From a virus (taxonomy: Duplodnaviria; Caudoviricetes): a stretch of 50,020 nt of DNA. The notes under the pieces were generated by a model that worked only from the letters and a program-made list of their open reading frames with translations, was not told the DNA's origin and did not search any database. The stretch spans positions 1 to 50,020 of IMG/VR virus record IMGVR_UViG_3300033144_003463; one strand, written 5' to 3'. Position numbers and translations under genes: made by a program. This document shows positions 17,041-24,655 of the stretch, in pieces; the stretch's first letter is position 1, and each line of letters opens with the position of its first letter.

Positions 17041-17517
17041 ATGGCAAAAAAGAAGAAAACTAGGAAGAAAATAATAGAACTAGATATTAAAAAGCGAGGA
17101 ATGTCAGTTGTATTAGGTATCAAGGCAGAAAAAAGATTAGAGGATTTTTTCCGCAATATGTCAGAGGGGAAAACTGCTGTATCTTCTAAATGGCGGGACA
17201 ATAGCGGGAATGGGTTGCTCTTCTATAAGGGGAACGATAAGTTGGAACTTTTTAGAAAGCAATTAGTTGAATCCGGGATATACTGCTTTGACGATTTTGG
17301 TAGTGGGTTTTTTCATAAAGAATTAGAAGATCCGAATGTAGCTTTATTAAGAATAGTAGGAATAGGCAAGGGGGTAAAGATCAAAACAGACGATTTTATA
17401 GCTTTTGAAGATTTGAAATTATATGTAGAGAAATTGGCAAGAGTAGTAAAAGAGATTTATCAAAACTTTTTGCTAGATACGAATGTTAAGGCAAGAATAA
17501 GCTATGATATGGACTAA
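17041..17517 (+). CDS. Hypothetical protein, first gene of the amidoligase operon
   Basis: ATG at 17041 after an A-rich leader; TAATG coupling to the next gene. Confidence 0.7.
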   Translation: MAKKKKTRKKIIELDIKKRGMSVVLGIKAEKRLEDFFRNMSEGKTAVSSKWRDNSGNGLLFYKGNDKLELFRKQLVESGIYCFDDFGSGFFHKELEDPNVALLRIVGIGKGVKIKTDDFIAFEDLKLYVEKLARVVKEIYQNFLLDTNVKARISYDMD

Positions 17518-18317
17518 TGGAAAATATACCTAGATTATTATTATCAGATTTAGAATTGGCAGTAGAGATAGAGGGGGCTTTTTCTACCGAGTTGGCAGAA
17601 TTGGTTGATGTTAATAAATGGGGAACTTGGGCTGATGATGGTTCTGTTGATCACGACTTGATTGATGAATTAGATTATCCCATAGACGCAGAGGAGTTTC
17701 GCTCTGGGGTTGTTGGTTATAAAAAGCTATATAAGATATTGAGGGCTTTTAGCAAACCTAACTATGCTTCAAATGATAGTTGCGGAATACACCTACATAT
17801 AAGTGCCAAGGATTGTTCTCCTAAGATATTGGCAAGGATTGTAAGCGATTTAGATTTTATGGAACATATAAGAGACGTTGCTAGAAATAATTTTGGGGAA
17901 GAACAAAGTAGAAGATTAGGGGAAGATAACGAGTATTGTCAATTTTTTAAGGGTTCGGGCGATTTATCTCATTGTATCAGGAATCGTGATAAGTATAGAT
18001 TTATGCGTTATCACCCTAGCTACAATACTCTTGAATGGCGATTTTTTTCGGCTCTTGAAAATGGGAATGATAATGTTGATAACATAAGATTGTTTCTAAA
18101 AGAGTTTCTAAAACACATAAATGGTTGTAGAACTATTAAAAACATAACAGAAATTGAGGTAAATGATGAAGAGCAAGTAGTAAAATCGTTTGAGTTGAAT
18201 CTTGGAAAAGGATTTAGCCCAAGTGGCAGAGTGGTTGAGTTAGAGCATTCTTTCAAAGCGTCGGGGCATTATGTTAATATGGATATACCCTTTTATGTTA
18301 TGGCTAAAAAAGAATAA
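17517..18317 (+). CDS. Putative amidoligase (COOH-NH2 ligase, Amidoligase_2-like)
   Basis: AVEIEG, DDGSV, EEFRS, SCGIHLHIS, KYR and TLEWRFF motifs. Confidence 0.8.
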   Translation: MENIPRLLLSDLELAVEIEGAFSTELAELVDVNKWGTWADDGSVDHDLIDELDYPIDAEEFRSGVVGYKKLYKILRAFSKPNYASNDSCGIHLHISAKDCSPKILARIVSDLDFMEHIRDVARNNFGEEQSRRLGEDNEYCQFFKGSGDLSHCIRNRDKYRFMRYHPSYNTLEWRFFSALENGNDNVDNIRLFLKEFLKHINGCRTIKNITEIEVNDEEQVVKSFELNLGKGFSPSGRVVELEHSFKASGHYVNMDIPFYVMAKKE

Positions 18318-18331
18318 TTAAAATAAAAAAT

Positions 18332-19372
18332 ATGTGCTTTATATCAAGCGTTTTCAGAACAAAGGAACGAGATAAGGAGGTTGAGAGAGTTTTGTTGAAT
18401 AATTTTGCTTCACAAATGAATATGAATAGTGAGGGGTTTTCTCTGCTATCAAAAAATCAGAATAATAAGGGGTATATAAGGAAGAGGGGACTAGATCCAA
18501 AGCTATTTTATAAAGAATTGGAAATGGCAGTTAAAAAAGAGGTTTTATTTACTCATTTTAGATTGGCTACCTCTGGGGGAATCAGTATAAGAAATACTCA
18601 TTTTTGGCAGTTGGGTGATTATTATTTCGGACACAATGGAATAATGGGCTATAATTATAACACAATGAGTTATGGCTACAAGCAAAAATATGAGAGCAAA
18701 GAGGTTGATAGTTTTGTATTTTTCAAAAAGCTATATGGAATGATAAGAACAGAAACTGATGTAAACTTGATAGCTGATTTATTAAAGGGGCTGAAAGACG
18801 AGGATTTACTCCACGGAAGAGGATTTTTGATAGACAAAAAGAATAATCTAGTTTATACCTTTGGGGATTTACACGCTTATCTTATAAATGGAAATTATCT
18901 TGTAATGTCTTCTGTTGGTATGGATTGGACAGATTATAAAATGAGAAAATATGGTGATTTATCTTTTGTTAGATTTAAGGAGTTGTTTGATGTTGAGAAA
19001 ACAAAAATACTTGAAGACGAATCTTTTGTTGCTACCCTAGGCGATTGGAAGTTTAAGAGGATTCCTAGTGGCGATTCTTTAATAGGGGCAGATTATGGGC
19101 AACCAAAATCCTTTGAGGGCGGATCAGGCAAGATAGAGTTAGAGGAAATTGACAAAGAGATTGAGGAAGAAATTAAGGAAAAGAAAGACGAGATAAAAGC
19201 AAGGGAAATGGTGATAGATTATGATAATGATGATGATTTTGCCAAAGCGTTTGGGTATGACTTAGATAGAAACCTATATGACGAACCGACTTACAATGAT
19301 AGGAATCTCCCCATAGAATCCCCGGAGGTTATAAAAGAAGTTAACCGGTTATTAGAAAAAAATGCTGGGTAA
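18332..19372 (+). CDS. Class II (Ntn) glutamine amidotransferase with acidic C-terminal tail
   Basis: N-terminal Met-Cys; N.EGF; HFRLATSG; NTHFW; GHNG; VDS. Confidence 0.85.
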   Translation: MCFISSVFRTKERDKEVERVLLNNFASQMNMNSEGFSLLSKNQNNKGYIRKRGLDPKLFYKELEMAVKKEVLFTHFRLATSGGISIRNTHFWQLGDYYFGHNGIMGYNYNTMSYGYKQKYESKEVDSFVFFKKLYGMIRTETDVNLIADLLKGLKDEDLLHGRGFLIDKKNNLVYTFGDLHAYLINGNYLVMSSVGMDWTDYKMRKYGDLSFVRFKELFDVEKTKILEDESFVATLGDWKFKRIPSGDSLIGADYGQPKSFEGGSGKIELEEIDKEIEEEIKEKKDEIKAREMVIDYDNDDDFAKAFGYDLDRNLYDEPTYNDRNLPIESPEVIKEVNRLLEKNAG

Positions 19373-19610
19373 TAGATACTATTATAAAATACTTATAGGT
19401 GTCCCCTCAGGTAGTCAAATGAGGGGTGAAAACTCGTATTGGGAGGGGTTTGTTGTTAGCCCTTATGAGTTTACTCGTTTCAAAGTTGAAATCCAAGAAG
19501 CAAATAAAAAGGTTGGGGCAGGATCGGTTAGTAAAATGGTATCTTATTGTCGCAGAAATGGTATTTTCCGTAAAATTGAAATGGGGGCGTTGTCCTATAC
19601 ATTAAAATGA
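19362..19610 (+). CDS. Hypothetical protein
   Basis: Overlap-coupled ORF. Confidence 0.55.
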   Translation: MLGNRYYYKILIGVPSGSQMRGENSYWEGFVVSPYEFTRFKVEIQEANKKVGAGSVSKMVSYCRRNGIFRKIEMGALSYTLK

Positions 19611-19927
19611 TAAAACAAGATAATATAAAACTTATAACCCTTAATTGGAGTATTGATGTAAATGTTCACGGCTATCCAGAAAATACTTTTGGTGATGTGA
19701 GGTATGAAAGAAAAGAGGATAGTGGAAATGTAGAGTATGGGACTTATACCTTTATGGCTAGGCAAAATTGTAGTGATAATGTGTTGGACAATATGATTAG
19801 AGAGCTTTATAGAACCCTTAATCATAGGCAGAATAGGCAAATGCCCTATTCTTTAATAAAGATTTTAGAGAACGCAAACTTGATTAGACATTTTAATAAG
19901 GATAATCGTTGGAGTTATAACTTATGA
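19607..19927 (+). CDS. Hypothetical protein
   Basis: ATGA overlap. Confidence 0.6.
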   Translation: MIKQDNIKLITLNWSIDVNVHGYPENTFGDVRYERKEDSGNVEYGTYTFMARQNCSDNVLDNMIRELYRTLNHRQNRQMPYSLIKILENANLIRHFNKDNRWSYNL

Positions 19928-20487
19928 AAACAATAAAGCTAACAAAAGAAGAAATTGGTAGCATTGAAAAAAAACTACAAAACATATATAGGCAGTATTG
20001 TATAATCCAAGTTCCGGGAATGGATTGTGCCATTCGTGAGGTAGCTTGTAGAATGGCAAAAATAATAAGTGCCGGAAAAAAAATACAAAAAGATTCTACA
20101 AGGATATCGGAAGAAGAAGCTAGTAATGGACTAAATGTATCGCAACGAATAGCACAGAAAATGATAGAACAACAACAGCAACAGCGAGAATATGACAGGC
20201 AGTTTCGGGTTATGTTTGCGGGAAATGAGGACGATACATTAACTACATTAGACGATAACGAAATAGAAAATAGTGTGCTTAACGAACCTAGTGAGTCGGT
20301 GGGATTGTCGGGGACAACAACAGCAACAACGATTGATCCGGGAACAACTATAAATATGGGACATACCCACGAAATCCCGGAAGCAATATCAGCGTTGCCC
20401 GAAATTAGTGAAGAGCCGGGCGAAGAATTGGAAGAGCCGGACGAAGAGTTAAGGGGATTAAGGCGTTGGGTTGGTGGCTATAATTAG
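19924..20487 (+). CDS. Hypothetical protein with low-complexity acidic tail
   Basis: ATGA overlap; 187 aa. Confidence 0.6.
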   Translation: MKTIKLTKEEIGSIEKKLQNIYRQYCIIQVPGMDCAIREVACRMAKIISAGKKIQKDSTRISEEEASNGLNVSQRIAQKMIEQQQQQREYDRQFRVMFAGNEDDTLTTLDDNEIENSVLNEPSESVGLSGTTTATTIDPGTTINMGHTHEIPEAISALPEISEEPGEELEEPDEELRGLRRWVGGYN

Positions 20488-20541
20488 CGAATAGTTAAAA
20501 AATAAAGGTCGGTCAAAATAATTAACATAATAATAAATAAA

Positions 20542-20757
20542 ATGAAAAACAAAAAATTAGGTGGAATGAACATAATGCTCAAAAAGGTTTTAGATCCCGA
20601 TATTAGAACATTGTTAAAAGCGGGATTTATGAATGGCGACTTGTTAATGACGATAAAGGGGATTAGAGCGTTGCGTTGGTTAGAGTTCAGAGATAGAAAA
20701 GACGAATTGGTGGAATTGGCAAAAGATCAGATAAAAGAAGATAAGGGAAAGGATTAA
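20542..20757 (+). CDS. Hypothetical protein
   Basis: Preceded by AAAGGTCG and an A-rich leader. Confidence 0.65.
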   Translation: MKNKKLGGMNIMLKKVLDPDIRTLLKAGFMNGDLLMTIKGIRALRWLEFRDRKDELVELAKDQIKEDKGKD

Positions 20758-20796
20758 AGTAATTAGGGGGGGGGTTAATCCCCCCTCCATAAAAGA

Positions 20797-21153
20797 ATGG
20801 AAAATATACCCATAAAAGAATCAGATCCCCTCCCTAATCCGACAAGGAAAACGATTGTAAAAGATTTAGATCGTTGGTTGAAACATTATCCAAAAATGAA
20901 TTATTTGCGTAAGATAGTAAAGTTTGCATTTGATTATATAAAGGAATATGAAACTGAGTATAGTGATTTAGAATGTGATAGGGATAATTTGAGTGATAGG
21001 TTGAATGAGCTTGAAAACGATTATGATAGTGTGTGCGAAGAGAGGAACGATTCTGATTGGGAGGTGGGCGAGCGAAATAAAACTATAACTGAATTGGAAG
21101 AAAAAGTAAGAGAATTAGAAAAAGAGATAGAAGATTTTAAGGATAGTCAATAA
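20797..21153 (+). CDS. Acidic coiled-coil protein
   Basis: Heptad-rich D/E C-terminal half. Confidence 0.65.
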   Translation: MENIPIKESDPLPNPTRKTIVKDLDRWLKHYPKMNYLRKIVKFAFDYIKEYETEYSDLECDRDNLSDRLNELENDYDSVCEERNDSDWEVGERNKTITELEEKVRELEKEIEDFKDSQ

Positions 21154-21154
21154 T

Positions 21155-21258
21155 GGGCGGAAAAACAAGCTCCTGTGAATAGGAACAGCTTGTGAATGTG
21201 GGGAAACTCCATTATTCCCTATGCGGTAGAACGCAAGGTTCAACTCCTTGTCCGCCCT
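21155..21258 (+). ncRNA. tRNA-like RNA (acceptor stem + T-arm, novel core)
   Basis: GGGCGGA/TCCGCCC; CAAGG-TTCAACT-CCTTG; two internal hairpins. Confidence 0.65.
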
Positions 21259-21338
21259 ATACATTATATCAACTAGAAGATTTTAAGGGCTTATATGGCT
21301 ATTATGTGCGTTGGAGTTATATAATTAACAAAAATACT

Positions 21339-21569
21339 ATAAAAATTGTAAAAATAATAATAAAACTTATCAGGAAATTGTTTGCCGGAGTGGCGGGAAT
21401 TATACTATTGTTAATTGCCTTTATTGGCATTCTTGGAGTGTTGGCAGTATTGGCAGGAGTGTTGCCGGTTGCCGGGTTGCTTGTTGGAATATACAGGGGT
21501 GGGCGTTGGCTATATAGAAGAATCAAAAGGGCTTATTTGTCAGCATTTGGTATTTATGTGGAGTATTAA
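21339..21569 (+). CDS. Membrane protein, possible non-canonical ATA start
   Basis: Long hydrophobic stretch followed by a basic segment; the track's start at 21192 lies inside the tRNA-like RNA. Confidence 0.4.
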   Translation: MKIVKIIIKLIRKLFAGVAGIILLLIAFIGILGVLAVLAGVLPVAGLLVGIYRGGRWLYRRIKRAYLSAFGIYVEY

Positions 21570-21620
21570 AGTTATCCACAGGTTGAGCATTTGACAGCTA
21601 GTATATAAAACTGGTAAAAT
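21570..21620 (+). promoter_or_regulatory. DnaA box + strong sigma70 promoter
   Basis: TTATCCACA 21572-21580; TTGACA 21591-21596, 18 nt spacer, TG-G-TAAAAT 21615-21620. Confidence 0.8.
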
Positions 21621-21661
21621 AAAGACAATTAAGCGAGGATCGTTCGGGGTTCTTAAAAAAT

Positions 21662-22018
21662 ATGTTCACAAAAAAACATTATAAAGAGGTAGCAGGTTTT
21701 TTCAAAAAAGCATTTGAAAGCGACAGGTCAAAAGATAATGATGATGTAAGAGACGCCCTGTTGGATATTAAGGAAGATTTTGAGGGGTTTTTCCTAGCAG
21801 ACAATAACAGCTTTGATGTATCAATTTTCAACGATGTTATTTTTCCCGATCCTGAAGAAGAATTAGAAGAGGTGGGTAGCATTGAAAACCTAACTCCAAA
21901 GAATATGGGTGATGAAGAGGTGGAAGAAGCGGAAGAACAGCAAGAATCAGAAGAAGAGGAAGAAGAGGAAGAAGAAGAGGAGGAGGAAGAAGAAGAGGAA
22001 GAAGAGAATAATAAATAA
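21662..22018 (+). CDS. Acidic early protein with poly-Glu tail
   Basis: MFTKKHY..F..DN..FD..F small phage domain plus a long E run. Confidence 0.7.
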   Translation: MFTKKHYKEVAGFFKKAFESDRSKDNDDVRDALLDIKEDFEGFFLADNNSFDVSIFNDVIFPDPEEELEEVGSIENLTPKNMGDEEVEEAEEQQESEEEEEEEEEEEEEEEEEEENNK

Positions 22019-22075
22019 GTAATCCGAAGTTGTCCGGGTGAGCCGAACCTTGCCCGGATATAATTAAATAATAAT

Positions 22076-22237
22076 ATGAAAACATTTGGAGTGAAAATCT
22101 ATGCTATGCCTACTGAATATGATATAGACGCAGAAAGCAAGGAAGAAGCGGAAGAAAAGGCAGGACAAGCGTATAATGGCAATAATTTTATGGAAATATA
22201 CAAGATTGAAAGTAGAGAACTGGAAAATGACGAATAA
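22076..22237 (+). CDS. 53-aa protein, DpnD/PcfM-like motif (not in track)
   Basis: YDIDAESKEEAEEKA. Confidence 0.55.
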   Translation: MKTFGVKIYAMPTEYDIDAESKEEAEEKAGQAYNGNNFMEIYKIESRELENDE

Positions 22238-22253
22238 TTAACTTAATAAATTT

Positions 22254-22382
22254 ATGAATAAAGAAAATAAGAAAATTACAATACCATTATCAGAGGAAGA
22301 TTTAGAAGCATTAAAAAATGGAGAATCGTTTGACTGGACTTTTGATGATGTTGATGTTCATTTGGAATTGGAAGATAATTAA
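22254..22382 (+). CDS. 42-aa acidic micro-protein (not in track)
   Basis: MNKENKKITIPLSEEDLEALKNGESFDWTFDDVDVHLELEDN. Confidence 0.55.
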   Translation: MNKENKKITIPLSEEDLEALKNGESFDWTFDDVDVHLELEDN

Positions 22383-22396
22383 CTTAATAAAATAAT

Positions 22397-22537
22397 ATGG
22401 GGGATATAATAAGAGTGCCAATGAGAGTATATCATATCAAAAACAAGTGGGTGTATATTATATTTAGTCGCCTATTTAAAAAGAGGGTTCGGCATAAAGC
22501 AAACAAAATCCGGGACATTAAATGGGACAATAAATGA
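22397..22537 (+). CDS. 46-aa basic micro-protein (not in track)
   Basis: MGDIIRVPMRVYHIKNKW..; leader shared with the previous gene. Confidence 0.4.
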   Translation: MGDIIRVPMRVYHIKNKWVYIIFSRLFKKRVRHKANKIRDIKWDNK

Positions 22538-22576
22538 ATAAATAAATATGGGACATTATAAGTAATCAATAATACA

Positions 22577-22840
22577 ATGAACAAAGAAGAATTGAACCAA
22601 ATATCAAAGGTAATAAATGAATCATTAGGTGTTATAAAGGCGTTGGAAGAGTTAGGCAACGAGATAGAACTGAGATTAAAGGGGGATCAAACATTGAAAG
22701 AAGAAATAAATCGTTGGTTGAAAGAGATTAAAGAAAGAGATATGATAGATAGGGGATTGACGCTGGAACAAGCCGGAAGAATGTTGTCAAGTGGTTATGA
22801 TCTACTCCAACGAGCATTGAAAGAACTGCCCTGTGGATAA
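22577..22840 (+). CDS. Helical hypothetical protein
   Basis: 87 aa; its stop codon lies within the reverse DnaA box. Confidence 0.65.
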   Translation: MNKEELNQISKVINESLGVIKALEELGNEIELRLKGDQTLKEEINRWLKEIKERDMIDRGLTLEQAGRMLSSGYDLLQRALKELPCG

Positions 22841-22876
22841 CTTTTGATTGTTTTGTTGTGTTATGTATGCTAAGAT
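22830..22876 (+). promoter_or_regulatory. Reverse DnaA box + sigma70-like promoter
   Basis: CCTGTGGATAACT 22830-22842; TTGTTT 22848-22853, 17 nt spacer, TG-C-TAAGAT 22871-22876. Confidence 0.65.
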
Positions 22877-22902
22877 ACAAACATAATAAGTAATAAAAAA
22901 AT

Positions 22903-23067
22903 ATGACTAAAAAAGATTTCAAAGCATTTGATAACCGGCTTGGGGAGTTGATAGAAGAATATGTAGATTGGGATAATAAGTTGTGGAAAACCGATAAATA
23001 CAAAGCAAAGTATTACAAGGTTAGAGATAAGGCAGTCAAGTTGATAGACAAAATTAAGGGGGCATAA
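22903..23067 (+). CDS. 54-aa hypothetical protein (not in track)
   Basis: MTKKDFKAFDNRLGELIEEYVDWDNKLWK.. Confidence 0.55.
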   Translation: MTKKDFKAFDNRLGELIEEYVDWDNKLWKTDKYKAKYYKVRDKAVKLIDKIKGA

Positions 23068-23083
23068 TAAGTAATAAAAAAAT

Positions 23084-23419
23084 ATGGAAGATAAACTAAC
23101 ATATTATAAGCTAGTGGAACAATTAAAGGAAGCGCTGGAAGACCGCCGGGAAGAGATAGAAAAGAATGGAGATTTGATTGGCGAAGCTGAAAATGAAAAT
23201 ATAATCAATGAGGTGGTAGATAATAGCGTTCCAATATACAATGGTGATTTGGTTGATGTGTGCCGGGATAACTTCGATCTAATGCTAGTTAGCCCGGAAA
23301 TGGGAGTAGCAGAAGAATCAACACCCCTTGATCTGTTAAGAATGAATGTATATGAAGCGTTAAGTGCCGAAGCATATAAATGGTTAGAAGAATTGAATGA
23401 TAGATTGGACAATACCTAG
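23084..23419 (+). CDS. ocr: Ocr-like DNA-mimic anti-restriction protein (T7 gp0.3 family)
   Basis: 111 aa and very acidic; INEVVDNSVPIYNGDL and LLRMNVYEAL align with T7 Ocr IHMAADNAVPHYYADI and ILQARIYEQL (T7 sequence recalled from memory). Confidence 0.75.
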   Translation: MEDKLTYYKLVEQLKEALEDRREEIEKNGDLIGEAENENIINEVVDNSVPIYNGDLVDVCRDNFDLMLVSPEMGVAEESTPLDLLRMNVYEALSAEAYKWLEELNDRLDNT

Positions 23420-23542
23420 ACAAATGTTGTTTTGGTTGCTCTTTATACTTACTTTAATGTTCTTTAATATGCTTTGGTCCATAATCATAGGTGTTGGGTT
23501 GTATCATTTATTGTATGAGGAATAGCCACAAAGATCAGAATT

Positions 23543-23576
23543 ACCAATAAACCCTCTTAAATGGGGGTTTTTGGTT
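23543..23576 (+). terminator. Rho-independent terminator
   Basis: AAACCCTC-TTAAAT-GGGGGTTTTT. Confidence 0.65.
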
Positions 23577-23635
23577 TGTCCGGGACTGAAACAATGCACA
23601 TAAATGACCTATAAGGGCTTAAAATATGGTTTAAC

Positions 23636-23665
23636 TTGCATTACCCCTTACTAATGCTTTATAAT
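23636..23665 (+). promoter_or_regulatory. Sigma70 promoter for the packaging/structural operon
   Basis: TTGCAT-18 nt-TATAAT. Confidence 0.6.
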
Positions 23666-23675
23666 GAATAGTGTA

Positions 23676-24119
23676 ATGGAAAATACAGCCCAAAAGGCCA
23701 CAAAGGCCAATAAATACGCCAAGTTTACCAAAGAGAATGGTGGAGCATACCCCGAAAAGAAAGTGGGGTCTTTAAGTTTAAGAAGAGATCAAGCATTAAA
23801 CGACATATTAAAGGGTAAATCACCCCATAAGTCCTTATTAGACGCTGGTTATAGTAAGTATTACGCAGAACAGCCCGGAGTATTCTTTAAGGGCAAACAG
23901 GTCCAAGATAGATTGCGCGAAAGAATAGACGAACTAAGCTATGAAAGGGATCAGGCCCTATCGGCAATGAAAGGCAAAAGAGAGGGTGCTTCATACTCTG
24001 ATCTAACTGGTGCAGTAGAGAAACTAACCAAACTAACCCAGTTATTAGAAGGTAATCCTACCGAAAGGGTAGAGATAGAAGAGATAGCACAAGGTATCCG
24101 GGACATAGCAAGTAGATAA
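23676..24119 (+). CDS. terS: Terminase small subunit (probable)
   Basis: SLLDAGYS..YA HTH motif; upstream of terL; start at 23676 or 23664. Confidence 0.65.
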   Translation: MENTAQKATKANKYAKFTKENGGAYPEKKVGSLSLRRDQALNDILKGKSPHKSLLDAGYSKYYAEQPGVFFKGKQVQDRLRERIDELSYERDQALSAMKGKREGASYSDLTGAVEKLTKLTQLLEGNPTERVEIEEIAQGIRDIASR

Positions 24120-24123
24120 ATAT

Positions 24124-24510
24124 ATGATTAAAAGGTGTATACAATGTAATAAAGAGTTTGATTCAAAGAGAAAAGACGCTAAGTTCTGTTCTTCAGGATG
24201 TAGGAAGGCACATAGTAGGGATGTCACAGATAATACAACAGAGGATGTCACAGATAAAGTCACAGATAAAGTCACAGATAAAGTTAGCGTAACAAAGAAT
24301 GAAATAGACAATAGTATGGCCACAAAGATAGCAAACCCAAGCAGGAAGATCAAAGGTCTAGAAGAATCATATCTAGGTAATACAATGGCCCAGATAAGGA
24401 AAATGACTACTGATGAGCTTCAGTTTGAGGTAGGTTGTTATCCGGGTAACATGTGGATAGATAGCCCAGAGTATAACCAATTAAAGAAATGCTTGAATAT
24501 ACATCATTAA
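24124..24510 (+). CDS. Zinc-finger protein with VTDK repeats
   Basis: CIQC..FCSSGCR; GTCACAGATAA x4. Confidence 0.6.
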   Translation: MIKRCIQCNKEFDSKRKDAKFCSSGCRKAHSRDVTDNTTEDVTDKVTDKVTDKVSVTKNEIDNSMATKIANPSRKIKGLEESYLGNTMAQIRKMTTDELQFEVGCYPGNMWIDSPEYNQLKKCLNIHH

Positions 24511-24655
24511 AAGACCTAATAAAAGAAATAGAACGAATGACTAGGTGTAGAGTGTCCGGGGTAAGAGAAGAGAACAGGTATTGGATATTAACCATAATAA
24601 ACCCAAAGAGTAGCGTAGTGGGTGCTAATATAACAATTAAAGTATTAATACCATA

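Noticed and set aside
20766-20788. G-run/C-run hairpin as a terminator or phase-variation tract
   Set aside because: It has no U tract and is intergenic; the function cannot be supported from sequence alone
7893-22842. DnaA boxes as a bacterial oriC or host contamination
   Set aside because: The boxes are single, kilobases apart, promoter-linked and embedded among phage genes
23420-23540. T-rich non-coding stretch as a genome end, cos or pac site
   Set aside because: The position is plausible, but no diagnostic repeat or motif is visible without read data
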